This document shows, piece by piece, positions 37,073 through 46,945 of a stretch of 64,000 nucleotides of DNA. The notes beneath the pieces were generated by a model. That model saw only the letters and a list, made by a program, of their open reading frames with translations, searched no databases and was not told where the DNA came from. Each line of letters begins with the position of its first letter. Within the stretch, counting starts at the first letter, position 1. The position numbers and the translations under genes are program-made. The stretch covers positions 451,212 to 515,211 of the forward strand of contig CP064975.1 in the NCBI GenBank assembly GCA_016699425.1. The letters are read 5' to 3'. The DNA is from Candidatus Moraniibacteriota bacterium (GTDB lineage: Bacteria; Patescibacteriota; Minisyncoccia; Moranbacterales; UBA1568).

Positions 37073-38059
37073 TTACTTCTTTTCTTCCTTTGGTGCTTCT
37101 TCGGCTGGCTTCTCCCCGTCTGAAGCCGAGGCAGGCTCTACTTCAACATCTTTCGGCAAGGCTGACGAATCGGCAGGAGTGATCTTCACCGGGGCGGCGA
37201 ATGCTTCTGCTTTGGGGAAATTCGTGAGTGCCACGAGGAACAAGACGAGGGTGAAGAGGAGTGGGACATGGGCAGACGTGGCCGTCAGGAGAAAGCAGAA
37301 GGCGAGCGGAGCCGGGAGGAGATAGAGCGTCGAGAGATAGGCCCGACCATAGGTGAGTTGCTGTTTGCGAATGCTCGCGGCGATCCAGACGACAAGGGCG
37401 CCGAAGAGTGCATACAGAAGATAGGCGATCCAGACGCCCAGGTACATGAGAGCCGGCATGAAGAACATGAGCACCAAGAGCCCCGTCCGAGCCACCGCGA
37501 AGCCGCGCTCCACCCACTCTGCGAACCGGGCCGGGGTCACGATGAGACGGTCATTGAACCCAGCTTCCTTCAGATTGAAGATGCGTGTTTCGCCGCGATC
37601 TGGATTATGAAAGCCAACTTCCTGTGCCCCGAGGATAGCGACCGTATCGAGCTCAGCAAAGTCAGACTGATTGATCGGTTGTTTCGTGTCGATCACGAGG
37701 AGATTTGCTGGTAGCTCTTCTCTGACGCAGCGGCGCATGTCACACTCAGCCATTGCGCGCCAGGCTTCGGGGAGTGGAATCACTACTGGTCCTGCTTGAT
37801 TCGTGGTGACTGTATCGCGATTCACGGTGAGTGTCAGATCATCTGGATAGAGTCCAGCGACGATGCTCTTTTGCACTTGCCACTCTCCCGAACGGATTGA
37901 CTGGATGACCGTCACCGCACTCGGGAGCATGGAAAGCACAGCCATCACAACGAAACAAAGTACCGTCAGCGAGTAAAAGTGCAGACTCTGACCGAAAGTG
38001 AAGGTCTGGGCACGGAAGAAATTCGGCCGATAGAAGATGTCCTTGATACGCTCGATCAT
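37073..38059 (-). CDS. multi-pass membrane protein of unknown function with acidic C-terminal tail
   Basis: Several TM helices. The C-terminus [13 protein letters not shown] is shared with the DnaK tail at both DNA and protein level. Confidence 0.45.
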   Translation of the reverse strand: MIERIKDIFYRPNFFRAQTFTFGQSLHFYSLTVLCFVVMAVLSMLPSAVTVIQSIRSGEWQVQKSIVAGLYPDDLTLTVNRDTVTTNQAGPVVIPLPEAWRAMAECDMRRCVREELPANLLVIDTKQPINQSDFAELDTVAILGAQEVGFHNPDRGETRIFNLKEAGFNDRLIVTPARFAEWVERGFAVARTGLLVLMFFMPALMYLGVWIAYLLYALFGALVVWIAASIRKQQLTYGRAYLSTLYLLPAPLAFCFLLTATSAHVPLLFTLVLFLVALTNFPKAEAFAAPVKITPADSSALPKDVEVEPASASDGEKPAEEAPKEEKK

Positions 38060-38113
38060 AGATTTGTGATTATGAATAGAAGCAGGGCCGAGACCCTGCT
38101 TCTATTCTACTCC

Positions 38114-40099
38114 TTACTTCCCATCTGCCTTCGCATCCGAGGCAGGCTTTCCTTCATCTTTCGGCTTCTCCCCGTCTGAAGCCGAGGTGGACTCTACTTC
38201 GGCGTCTTTGGCCTGGCCTGCATCTGCCGAAGCGTCAGAAGCATTGCCAGCAGGGCTTCCTTGAGCTGCAGAAGCAGCTTGGGCCTCTTGTGCAGCCTTA
38301 TACAGCTTCTCGCCGATCTTTTGGGCGGCCTGGGACAGTTCCTCAGTTGCCTTCTTGATGGCCTCCACATCCTGGCTATCTTTCAGGTTTTTCAAGGCTT
38401 CCAGCTTTTCCAAGACGGGTTTGCGCTCATCATCGGTTAGCTTGTCGCCCGCGTCCTTCATGGCTTTTTCGGTCGAGTAGGACAGCGTGTCTGCCATATT
38501 TTTCACTTCGATCAGCTCTTTCTTTTTCTTGTCTTCTTCGGCGTGGAGCTCGGCGTCCTTCTTCATCTTTTCGATCTCGTCCTTGGAGAGACCAGTACTG
38601 GACTCGATGCGGATAGACTGGGTCTTGCCACTCGCCTTGTCTTTGGCCGTCACAGACAAGATACCCGACGCGTCGATGTCAAAGCTGACTTCAATCTGCG
38701 GGATGCCACGCGGTGCTGGTGGGATACCGTCGAGGACGAAGCGGCCGAGCGATTTGTTGTCGGTGGCCATCTCACGCTCACCCTGGAGGACATGAATTTC
38801 GACTTGCGGTTGATTATCGACCGCGGTGGAGAAGGTCTGGCTCCGTGTTACGGGGACGGTGGTATTGCGATCGATGAGGGGGGTGCGGACACCGCCGAGT
38901 GTCTCGATACCGAACGTGAGTGGCGTCACATCGAGGAGGAGTACATCTTTCACGCTCCCCTCGAGCACGCCGCCCTGGATGGCAGCACCGATGGCGACGA
39001 CTTCATCCGGGTTCACGGTGATGTTCGGCTTCTTGCCGAAGAACTTCTCAACCGTCGCGAGAACAAGCGGCATACGGGTCATCCCACCGACGAGCACGAT
39101 TTCATTGATATCACCGACCGAGAGCTTGGCATCGGCGAGGGCTTTCTTTACAGGCTCAAGTGTCCCTTCAATCAAGTCGTGAACGAGTTCCTCGAGTTTG
39201 GCCCGGGTGAGTTTGATGACGAGGTGCTTCGGACCGTCGGCACCGCTGGTGATGAACGGCTGATTGATTTCGGTTTCTTGCGCGGTAGACAATTCGATCT
39301 TGGCTTTCTCAGCGGCTTCCTTGATGCGCTGGAGGGCAAGCGGGTCTTTGGACAAGTCGATACCCTCCTGCTTCCGGAACTCATCGAGGATCCAGTGGAT
39401 CACTCGCTGATCGAAGTCATCACCACCGAGATGGGTATCACCATTGGTCGACTTTACTTCAACCGTATCAACGGTATCGGTTGAGACTTCGAGGATGGAA
39501 ATATCGAAGGTCCCGCCCCCGAGATCATAGACGGCGATCTTTTCGTCTTTCTTCTTGTTGAAACCATAGGCGAGAGCTGCGGCGGTCGGCTCATTGATGA
39601 TACGACGGACATTGAAGCCAGCAATCTCACCCGCCTCCTTGGTCGCTTTGCGCTGCGAGTCATCAAAGTAGGCCGGGACGGTGATGACAGCATCGGTGAT
39701 TTTCTCACCGAGTTTCTCCTCCGCATCGGCTTTGAGCTTGGCCAGAACCATCGCGGAGAGCTCCTGCGGGCTGTACTCCTTACCGCCCATGACGATCTTC
39801 ACGCCCTCGCCGGCCTGCACGATCTTGTAGGGAAGCGTCTTCATGTCGCGCTTCACTTCGTCGTCATTGAAGTGACGGCCGATGAGGCGCTTCACGGAGA
39901 ATAGGGTGTTCTCGGGATTGGTGACAGACTGGCGCTTGGCGAGGAGTCCGACGAGGCGCTCCCCGGTCTTCGAGATCGCGACCATACTGGGTGTGGTGCG
40001 ATTGCCTTCCTTGTTTTCGATGACACTGGGGGTGCCACCTTCGACGAACGCCATCGCCGAGTTAGTGGTCCCGAGGTCGATGCCGAGTATCTTTGCCAT
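38114..40099 (-). CDS. dnaK: molecular chaperone DnaK (Hsp70)
   Basis: Hsp70 signatures ([26 protein letters not shown]). 661 aa. Confidence 0.95.
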   Translation of the reverse strand: MAKILGIDLGTTNSAMAFVEGGTPSVIENKEGNRTTPSMVAISKTGERLVGLLAKRQSVTNPENTLFSVKRLIGRHFNDDEVKRDMKTLPYKIVQAGEGVKIVMGGKEYSPQELSAMVLAKLKADAEEKLGEKITDAVITVPAYFDDSQRKATKEAGEIAGFNVRRIINEPTAAALAYGFNKKKDEKIAVYDLGGGTFDISILEVSTDTVDTVEVKSTNGDTHLGGDDFDQRVIHWILDEFRKQEGIDLSKDPLALQRIKEAAEKAKIELSTAQETEINQPFITSGADGPKHLVIKLTRAKLEELVHDLIEGTLEPVKKALADAKLSVGDINEIVLVGGMTRMPLVLATVEKFFGKKPNITVNPDEVVAIGAAIQGGVLEGSVKDVLLLDVTPLTFGIETLGGVRTPLIDRNTTVPVTRSQTFSTAVDNQPQVEIHVLQGEREMATDNKSLGRFVLDGIPPAPRGIPQIEVSFDIDASGILSVTAKDKASGKTQSIRIESSTGLSKDEIEKMKKDAELHAEEDKKKKELIEVKNMADTLSYSTEKAMKDAGDKLTDDERKPVLEKLEALKNLKDSQDVEAIKKATEELSQAAQKIGEKLYKAAQEAQAASAAQGSPAGNASDASADAGQAKDAEVESTSASDGEKPKDEGKPASDAKADGK

Positions 40100-40225
40100 A
40101 TGTTTGTACTTAGATAAGTTACGTTGATTACTTACAATTTGTCATTTCGAGTGAGTCCGCGAATCGAGAAATCTTGCTTTTTTGGATTGAGATCCTTCGA
40201 CTCGAAGACTCGCTCAGGATGACAG

Positions 40226-41173
40226 TCACGAGGTGACCGTCACTTTTGCGGGACGGACGAGTTTATCTTTTATCTTGTAGCCTTTCTGGACAACCTTCAC
40301 TATCAAGTGACGACCTACAACCGACGACTCCTGCTCCTGATCACCATTGTCTTTCTCGTCGTGGGTAGTAAGTGGTTGGTTGTTGGTCATTGAGAGCGCT
40401 TCGTGCTGGGTGGGGTCGAACGCGTCGCCTGGTTTCACTTCGAGAGGCGTGACACCGTAATTGGCCAAAACATCCTCAAACTGCTTCTCGATATACGTAA
40501 TACCCGTGACCCAGGGACTGCCCGCCGCATCGGCTGGGACATGCTCGGTCGCGGCGTGGAAATTATCGAGCACTGGGATGAGTTCGGTGACGATTTGGCT
40601 GGTCAGGTGACCATAAAGCTCCTTCTCATCGTTCTTCACCCGTTTCTTGTAGTTCTCGAAGTCGGCGAGGATGCGGAGCACATCACTCGCTCCTTCCTGT
40701 GCCTTGATCCTCATGAGCGCAGCCGCAACCGCATTCTTCAACCACTCCTTGCATTCCGAGTCATTCTCTATCGCTTCGAGGTCTCGCCATTCAAATCGAT
40801 CGTGCTCATCACTGAGTTTCGGTTCACCGCCCGTGTAAAGTGCGAGAGAGAACAGAACTGTCCGGTCGATTACCCGTCCATCGCGAGTGACCTGCATCAG
40901 GCAGCCCGTGACGACTTCCTTCAGTTCATAGGAGACATCACCGATTTCTTCCTGCAACTCACGCCCGATAGCTTCTGCCGGATCTTCACCGGCATGCACC
41001 CGCCCACCCGGCAGATCCCATGGACCATACTTCTTGTAAAATTCAAACTCAGGGTGAGCATCCCGGACCAGAAGGAATTTCTTGGTCATCGCATCGTAGA
41101 GCACCACTTTCTGGCTCAGCTGGAACATGGCGTGATGCTGATGCTGCAAATGGTCATGTTTTTTCTCAGGCAT
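40226..41173 (-). CDS. grpE: NUDIX-domain / GrpE fusion protein (nucleotide exchange factor GrpE with N-terminal Nudix domain)
   Basis: N-terminal Nudix box GGRVHAGEDPAEAIGRELQEEIG. C-terminal GrpE region (ADFENYKKRVKNDEKE...VLDNFHAA...FDPTQHEAL...). Confidence 0.75.
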   Translation of the reverse strand: MPEKKHDHLQHQHHAMFQLSQKVVLYDAMTKKFLLVRDAHPEFEFYKKYGPWDLPGGRVHAGEDPAEAIGRELQEEIGDVSYELKEVVTGCLMQVTRDGRVIDRTVLFSLALYTGGEPKLSDEHDRFEWRDLEAIENDSECKEWLKNAVAAALMRIKAQEGASDVLRILADFENYKKRVKNDEKELYGHLTSQIVTELIPVLDNFHAATEHVPADAAGSPWVTGITYIEKQFEDVLANYGVTPLEVKPGDAFDPTQHEALSMTNNQPLTTHDEKDNGDQEQESSVVGRHLIVKVVQKGYKIKDKLVRPAKVTVTS

Positions 41174-41210
41174 AGATTTTTTGATTAGGATGTTCGGGTG
41201 ATGGTACTCT

Positions 41211-41774
41211 TCACTGCTTCAAATAATTTCTGTCGTTCTTCACGCGCTTCTTGTAATTCTCGAAGTCTGCCGTGAGACGTTGGACATCACTCAGATATCC
41301 TTGTTCTATGAGACGAGTTTGTGCTTTTAGGAAGGCCTCACGCAGAACGGGATATATTTTTTCATCGCTCCAAATCTCTTCAGGTGTCTTCCAAATATAC
41401 TCATTATGTTCTTCGCTCAGTTCAATTTCTCCAGTCTTGTAAAGACCGAGATGTATCACGGAAATTCCCGGGCGAGATGCCCACTGGCTGCGAACCACAA
41501 AAACTGGGCCAAGAAGTTCGTACTGGATATCACCAGCCTCCTCTTCTACCTCTCGGAGTAAAGCTTCTTCAGGTGATTCTTCTCCTTCCATGTGACCACC
41601 GAGCAATACCCAAGGGTCATACTCTGGATGCTTTTTAAAGAAATCAGATTCCGGTTCTTTGACCAGAAGAAATTTCTTAGTTTGCGGATTCCATAGGATT
41701 AATTTCTGAGAAACCGTGAAGAGTCCCCAGGTGAGATCTTCAGTTTTTTTCACAATTTCATTGTGTTTAGACAT
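41211..41774 (-). CDS. NUDIX-domain protein ending in a truncated GrpE N-terminal segment (partial duplicate of the adjacent fusion gene)
   Basis: Nudix box LLGGHMEGEESPEEALLREVEEEAG. The C-terminus LTADFENYKKRVKNDRNYLKQ matches the GrpE start of the downstream gene. The DNA repeats 40630-40665. Confidence 0.55.
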   Translation of the reverse strand: MSKHNEIVKKTEDLTWGLFTVSQKLILWNPQTKKFLLVKEPESDFFKKHPEYDPWVLLGGHMEGEESPEEALLREVEEEAGDIQYELLGPVFVVRSQWASRPGISVIHLGLYKTGEIELSEEHNEYIWKTPEEIWSDEKIYPVLREAFLKAQTRLIEQGYLSDVQRLTADFENYKKRVKNDRNYLKQ

Positions 41775-41952
41775 AGATGATGAGAGTTAGGATAAGCGAT
41801 AATGTTCTTTTTTGTTGGTCATAGGATTTTTTATTACGAGGTGCGGGTCATGGCGCTTTTCGCAGCTTCGAAGAGTTTCTGACGTTCTGCTTCGGTGAGC
41901 GGTTTATCTGTCTCATCTATTTCCGATTTGTCATCTGCTGTTCTGTCAGGGT

Positions 41953-42708
41953 TTACCATACTGGTGCCTGCGTGATGACGATGATGACGAGCGAGGAACC
42001 GAGGAGGCGGCGCATATGCTCGATGAGGGACTTGTTCTTGGCGTACTCCATGCGCTTGGGCCCGATGATCGCGAGGATGCCACGTTCGCCGTGTGCGTCC
42101 CGATACGGTGAGACGACCATCGCACAGTTTCCGATACCCGCGACCGGGTTTTCCCCGCCGATATAGATGCGCGTCTCGCCGTCTTTTAGTCCCGCCATCA
42201 GGGTCTCGATATTCTCATCGAGGGTGTCGAGCGTCTCGACGAGGCGGCAGAGCTCGTCCATCTCCTGGAATTCCGGATTCTCCATGAGGGACTTCATCCC
42301 GAAATCGTACATCTCGTCCTTGCCGACGATACCGGAGATGCCGAGATTGCCGGAGAGGACCGAGAGGAGCCGGGCCGTGGTCCGGACGGTGCGATTGTGC
42401 TTGGCCTGGAGGATGAGGAATTCCTCTTGGAGTTTCAGCTGGTCCTTCTTGGACAGCGGCTTATCCCGCATCATCTCTTCGACATAGTAGCGATACCCTG
42501 CGTCCGTCGGGATGCGGCCAGCCGACGTATGCGGCTGATAGAGGTACCCCGCCTCCTCGAGTGCGAGCATGTCGCTCCTGAGGGTCGCTGAACTCACCGA
42601 AAAATGGTGCTGCTCCAAAAGTGCCTCGGACCCGACGGGCAGGGCAGTCTTCGTATACAGCTCGACCACAGCGGCGAGCACTTCTTTTTGGCGGTCATTT
42701 GTATCCAT
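41953..42708 (-). CDS. hrcA: heat-inducible transcription repressor HrcA
   Basis: N-terminal winged-helix (QKEVLAAVVELYTKTALPVGSEAL). HrcA-family body. A CIRCE element lies immediately upstream. Confidence 0.8.
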   Translation of the reverse strand: MDTNDRQKEVLAAVVELYTKTALPVGSEALLEQHHFSVSSATLRSDMLALEEAGYLYQPHTSAGRIPTDAGYRYYVEEMMRDKPLSKKDQLKLQEEFLILQAKHNRTVRTTARLLSVLSGNLGISGIVGKDEMYDFGMKSLMENPEFQEMDELCRLVETLDTLDENIETLMAGLKDGETRIYIGGENPVAGIGNCAMVVSPYRDAHGERGILAIIGPKRMEYAKNKSLIEHMRRLLGSSLVIIVITQAPVW

Positions 42709-42729
42709 GACTCTAGTATAAAAAATGCT

Positions 42730-42756
42730 TTAGCACTCGTCAAGTGAGAGTGCTAA
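42730..42756. promoter_or_regulatory. CIRCE operator (TTAGCACTC-N9-GAGTGCTAA), perfect consensus
   Basis: TTAGCACTCgtcaagtgaGAGTGCTAA sits 22 nt upstream of the hrcA start. Confidence 0.85.
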
Positions 42757-43623
42757 TTAACGTACAGACTCACAATGATACAAGAAAAGCCCAGAGAGTG
42801 TCTCGGGCTTCTGGATGCATGCCGTGATCATGTCACGACAGCGACCATTATTTATCACTGTGGGCCGCCATGTACAGTCGGCCGCAGGGCCGCCGATGCT
42901 CGCAATCATAGCAGACCAGACTGTTGACGGCTTGGAATTCCGCCGCTATTCCGAGCCGAATCCTCTCACCCCCCGCTATTTCACATGACACGTGGACGTC
43001 GGGATCATCTGAAACCCCTCCACCAGCGTTCGGCTTTTCCCGCAGTGAATTGCCTTTTCGTCGTTTCGGAGACCATTGCATCGCATCACCCCCCTGTCCT
43101 CACTCAATTAACTTGCTTCGTCCTCGTTTCGCCTGATACAGGCATGGGCGCAAACGACACAGAGCCCGCACTGCCTCACATAGTGCTCTCGGGCGACCTG
43201 TCTATCAACAATCGCTGGTCCACCGGCGTGAATCACGGCTTGTAGACACCGTACCTGTCCCGGCTTCAGGGCAGGTGGGGCCACGAGCTGAGGCACAGCT
43301 TTCCGCTGACGTCCCATCGCTTCCTCCTTTCTTCTGTTGAACAGCCAGATTTGCTGCGAGCTACTATTTTTGACCACGCGGACGACACTGGTACTTGCAA
43401 GTGAGTTTACATAGGTCGTTACGTGGGTCATAGTTCTTTCGCGCCAGCTTCGGATCAAGGATGACTTGTCTATCGCCACCACGCCGCAATTCAGCCACGA
43501 GGCACCTCATTTCGAACACCTTCCGTTCTTTCTGTCTCGCGTGGTGACCGTTCTTTCGAAGACTTTTCTTCATGATGACTCCCAGGCAGTGCAACACAGT
43601 GGATGGTCGAATGATAATTGAAA

Positions 43624-43648
43624 GGGGTCCTCTTCGTGAGAGGGCCCC
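43624..43648 (-). terminator. hairpin terminator (9-bp stem GGGGTCCTC/GAGGGCCCC)
   Basis: Strong stem-loop, followed on the minus strand by TTTCAATTAT. Downstream of the small ORF ending at 43682. Confidence 0.45.
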
Positions 43649-43681
43649 CTATCCTGCAATACCCAGTGAGCTCTTAGCCCG

Positions 43682-43810
43682 TTAGCCTCGGCACAGTGGG
43701 TTGTGCTGGCAGTTCTGGCATGTAGGACTTGTTGACATGTAATGCTCCTTGCGCGCTTCGGCCACAGAAATGTGGATCTTATGCTCTGGCAGCACCTGCA
43801 TGCAGCGCAT
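43682..43810 (-). CDS. small Cys-rich (zinc-ribbon-like) protein, hypothetical
   Basis: 42-codon ORF MRCMQVLPEHKIHISVAEARKEHYMSTSPTCQNCQHNPLCRG, terminated by the hairpin above. An upstream extension to 43975 is possible. Tentative. Confidence 0.25.
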   Translation of the reverse strand: MRCMQVLPEHKIHISVAEARKEHYMSTSPTCQNCQHNPLCRG

Positions 43811-44004
43811 CTTTCCAGGCGGAGGCGAGGTTACCGATCTCACTTTCTTTTTCTTCTTCCCCTTTCGAACAACGAGATCACTTCCCGGCACCAGGGGATC
43901 AGATCCCAAGTGATAGCGAGCTTTGCCAGGATGGCGCTGGGGGATTGAAACTGTTGCAACACCACGATGAGGCAAGATATTTCTCCTCTTTATGAAATGT
44001 TAAG

Positions 44005-44310
44005 TCAACGATCTCCCGCGGGCGGCATGACGGGGTCATATCCTCCCTCGGACCAGGGCTGGCAGCGCAGGATTCGTTTGAATCCCATCCAGCCTCCTCG
44101 GAGCACTCCAAAGCGTTTGATGGCTTGATAGGAGTACTCGGAGCAAGTCGGATGAAAGCGGCAGTAGCGCTCGGACACGATGAGGCCCAAGAGGCCGTGA
44201 TTCAATGAAAGCGTCCGCTGATAAAGCCGGATGAGAGCGAGCACTACGGTTCGGAACATAGGAAGAAGATACCCCATGTGCAGATTTTTGTCTAGAGAAG
44301 ACTTCTGCAT
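44005..44310 (-). CDS. yidD: membrane protein insertion efficiency factor YidD
   Basis: YidD signature ([22 protein letters not shown]). Start chosen at MQKSSLDK. Confidence 0.75.
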   Translation of the reverse strand: MQKSSLDKNLHMGYLLPMFRTVVLALIRLYQRTLSLNHGLLGLIVSERYCRFHPTCSEYSYQAIKRFGVLRGGWMGFKRILRCQPWSEGGYDPVMPPAGDR

Positions 44311-44468
44311 TGGAAACTCTCCCCTATCAAATAAGCTAACAATCTTTGTCATTACGAGGGAGTCTATGACCGAAGCAATCAAAAGCGACAATCGAGAACG
44401 CGGCCTCTATCTTTACATCCCCTTTCCCTCGTGTGGTGGTATACTAAAGTCTACAGACCAACACAAAC

Positions 44469-45380
44469 ATGCGCACGCTTACTCACAAGCATCTCACGTG
44501 GATTGATTTCGAGTCGCCGACGAAAGACGACGTCAGTTATCTGCACGAGAATTTCGATATCCACCCAATTGTCTTGGAAGAGCTGGTCACTCCGACGTAT
44601 CAGCCCAAGGTGCTCCAATACGATCAGTGCATTTTCTTCTCGATCCATATTCCGCTTTTTGATGTGAAGGAGCGGACGACGTATGCCGGCGAACTCGACA
44701 TCATCCTCACTCGCGACTATCTCATCACCGCTCATCGCCACCCCATCTATCAGATTGGAAAATTTTTCGGCGAACTAGAGAAAAGTGAAGGCAAGCGTCG
44801 GATCCACATGGAAGAGACTCCGACGCATCTGGTCTACCGCCTGCTCGAAATCCTCCTGAATTCCTGCTTCCCCAAACTTCGTCATATCTCAGAAAAAATC
44901 GACGGGATCGAAACCGAAGTCTTTTCTGGCCATGAACGCGAGATGGTCTTCGAGATCTCACTCGTCAAACGCGATATCCTGAATTTCCGCCGGACCCTGA
45001 AGCCCCAGCGCTCCCTCATCGAAAGTCTCCTTGCCTCCAAGCATCCGATTATTCCGGCTGAGCTCCACGTCTATTTCCAAGACCTGATCGGCACGAATAT
45101 CCGTGTCTGGAATATGCTCGAAGGCAATAAAGAAACCATCGAAGCCCTCGAAGCGACGAATAATTCCCTTCTCTCGAACAAGATCGAGCAGACGATGAAG
45201 GTGCTCACGGTTTTCTCGGCCGTCATTCTCCCCCTCACGGTCTATTCCAATGCAATGTCGATGAATACCGAGCATCTTCCTTTCGCGGGCAGCCACCTCG
45301 GTTTCTGGCTGCACTTGGGGGTCATGATCTTCATCTCCGCCTTCACTATCGTCCTCTTTCGCTACAAACGCTGGATCTGA
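44469..45380 (+). CDS. CorA-family divalent cation transporter
   Basis: CorA-like cytoplasmic domain and two C-terminal TM helices. The loop carries AMSMN, a variant of the GMN motif. Confidence 0.65.
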   Translation: MRTLTHKHLTWIDFESPTKDDVSYLHENFDIHPIVLEELVTPTYQPKVLQYDQCIFFSIHIPLFDVKERTTYAGELDIILTRDYLITAHRHPIYQIGKFFGELEKSEGKRRIHMEETPTHLVYRLLEILLNSCFPKLRHISEKIDGIETEVFSGHEREMVFEISLVKRDILNFRRTLKPQRSLIESLLASKHPIIPAELHVYFQDLIGTNIRVWNMLEGNKETIEALEATNNSLLSNKIEQTMKVLTVFSAVILPLTVYSNAMSMNTEHLPFAGSHLGFWLHLGVMIFISAFTIVLFRYKRWI

Positions 45381-45478
45381 CGAAGAACCTGGGATAGAGT
45401 ATCAGGGAAGCCGGAAGGTTTATTGCTTTTCGATTAATTCCCGCCTATTCTAGATTCTAGATTCGATATTCTCCTTGA

Positions 45479-46900
45479 ATGCTCTCCCTCCACAATACCC
45501 TGTCCAAGAAAAAAGAAGTGTTCGTCCCCCTCGAGCCACCGCGGGTGAAGCTGTACACCTGCGGTCCGACGGTCTATGACTATGTTCACATCGGTAATCT
45601 CCGCGCCTCTGTCATGGCGGACACGCTCCGCCGTACACTCAGCCTGAGCGGCTTCGAAGTCCAGCATGTGAAAAACATCACCGATGTCGGCCATCTGACG
45701 GCGGATGACGTCGCCCAAGGTGACAGTGGTGAAGACAAGATCGCGAAGAAGGCCCAAGCCGAACACAAGACTCCGGCTGAGATCGTCGCATTTTATACCA
45801 ACTACTATCATCAGACTGAACAGGCCTTGAACATCCTCCCGGCTCATGAGGAGCCGCATGCGACGGCCTATGTGCCGCAGATGATTCATTTCATCGAGGG
45901 ACTCATCGCTAGTGGCCATGCCTATGCCGTGAACGGCAATGTGTTCTTCGATGTGACGAGCTATGCCGAGTATGGCCGGCTCTCGGGTAATACGCTCGAG
46001 CACCTCAAAGTCGGCGCCAGGCTCGAGGAACACCCTGACAAGCGTCACCCTTGGGACTTCGCGCTCTGGCTCAAGGCACCTGAGGGTCACCTGATGCGCT
46101 GGGACTCGCCCTGGAGCGTCGGCTACCCGGGCTGGCATATCGAGTGTAGCGCCATGAACTTAGCCACGCTCGGAGCAACTATCGACGTTCACACCGGTGG
46201 CGAAGACAACATCTTCCCCCATCACGAAGCCGAGATCGCACAAAGTGAGTGCGGTAACCAGGCACCATTTGCTCGCTACTGGGTCCACACTCGCCATCTC
46301 TTGGTCGATGGCCAAAAGATGTCGAAGTCCAAAGGCAATTTCTATCGGCTCGAAGACGTCCTAGAACGTGGCTATAGCGCGATGGATCTCCGCATGTTGT
46401 ACCTCGGCGCGCACTATCGCAGCCAGATGAACTTCACCTGGGAAGCACTCGAGCAAGCCAAGACCAATGTTCAGACCCTGCGTCAGACATATCTGCGACT
46501 GAACGAATACCAAGCCCGCGGGCTGTTCGGCCCCCAGACAGTCACAGACGATTTCAGTATCCATTTCGATGCAGCCATGGATGATGATCTGAATACGCCC
46601 GAGGCGCTCGCCATCGTGCTCCAATTCGCGAAAGAACTCAATCGCCTCATCGATGGGTCCGAACTCGCCGACCCAGCTGCTGATACCCTACCCCTCTTCG
46701 AGCATATCCTCACGGTCTTTGGATTGGATCTCTCTATCAAAGCAACTATCCCCGAAGTCGTCCAAACGCTCGCCCGAGAACGCGAGCTCGCCCGAGCAGA
46801 CAAAAACTTTGCTCAATCAGACGCTCTGCGTGATCAAATCGCAGCACTCGGCTACCTGGTCGAGGACGGCCTGCACGGCCAAACCGTCCGGAAGAAGTAA
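45479..46900 (+). CDS. cysS: cysteine--tRNA ligase
   Basis: HIGH-type motif (CGPTVYDYVHIGNLR). KMSKS motif (KMSKSKGN). Zinc-binding Cys residues. Confidence 0.9.
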   Translation: MLSLHNTLSKKKEVFVPLEPPRVKLYTCGPTVYDYVHIGNLRASVMADTLRRTLSLSGFEVQHVKNITDVGHLTADDVAQGDSGEDKIAKKAQAEHKTPAEIVAFYTNYYHQTEQALNILPAHEEPHATAYVPQMIHFIEGLIASGHAYAVNGNVFFDVTSYAEYGRLSGNTLEHLKVGARLEEHPDKRHPWDFALWLKAPEGHLMRWDSPWSVGYPGWHIECSAMNLATLGATIDVHTGGEDNIFPHHEAEIAQSECGNQAPFARYWVHTRHLLVDGQKMSKSKGNFYRLEDVLERGYSAMDLRMLYLGAHYRSQMNFTWEALEQAKTNVQTLRQTYLRLNEYQARGLFGPQTVTDDFSIHFDAAMDDDLNTPEALAIVLQFAKELNRLIDGSELADPAADTLPLFEHILTVFGLDLSIKATIPEVVQTLARERELARADKNFAQSDALRDQIAALGYLVEDGLHGQTVRKK

Positions 46901-46912
46901 AAAAAAAAAAAC

Positions 46913-46945
46913 GGCGGTTCGACACAAAAGCATGTCTTAACCGCC
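46913..46945 (-). terminator. rho-independent terminator (hairpin GGCGGTT...AACCGCC, then T13 on the minus strand)
   Basis: A13 run at 46899-46911 on the plus strand. The hairpin overlaps the stop of the minus-strand gene 46937-47443. Convergent with the cysS end. Confidence 0.65.

Noticed and set aside
38543-39484. 313-aa plus-strand ORF
   Set aside because: Antisense to dnaK. Low-complexity composition.
40403-41188. 261-aa plus-strand ORF
   Set aside because: Antisense to the Nudix-grpE gene.
42760-44004. RNase P RNA, SRP RNA or tmRNA in the gene-poor region
   Set aside because: Only an isolated CCCGGCTT match to the RNase P P4 3' strand was found. The complementary GGAAAGTCCGGGC-type 5' strand and other signature blocks were not found by eye. 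Left as an open question rather than a call.
45434-46138. 234-aa minus-strand ORF
   Set aside because: Entirely antisense to cysS, which has unambiguous class I aaRS motifs. A shadow ORF typical of GC-rich DNA.
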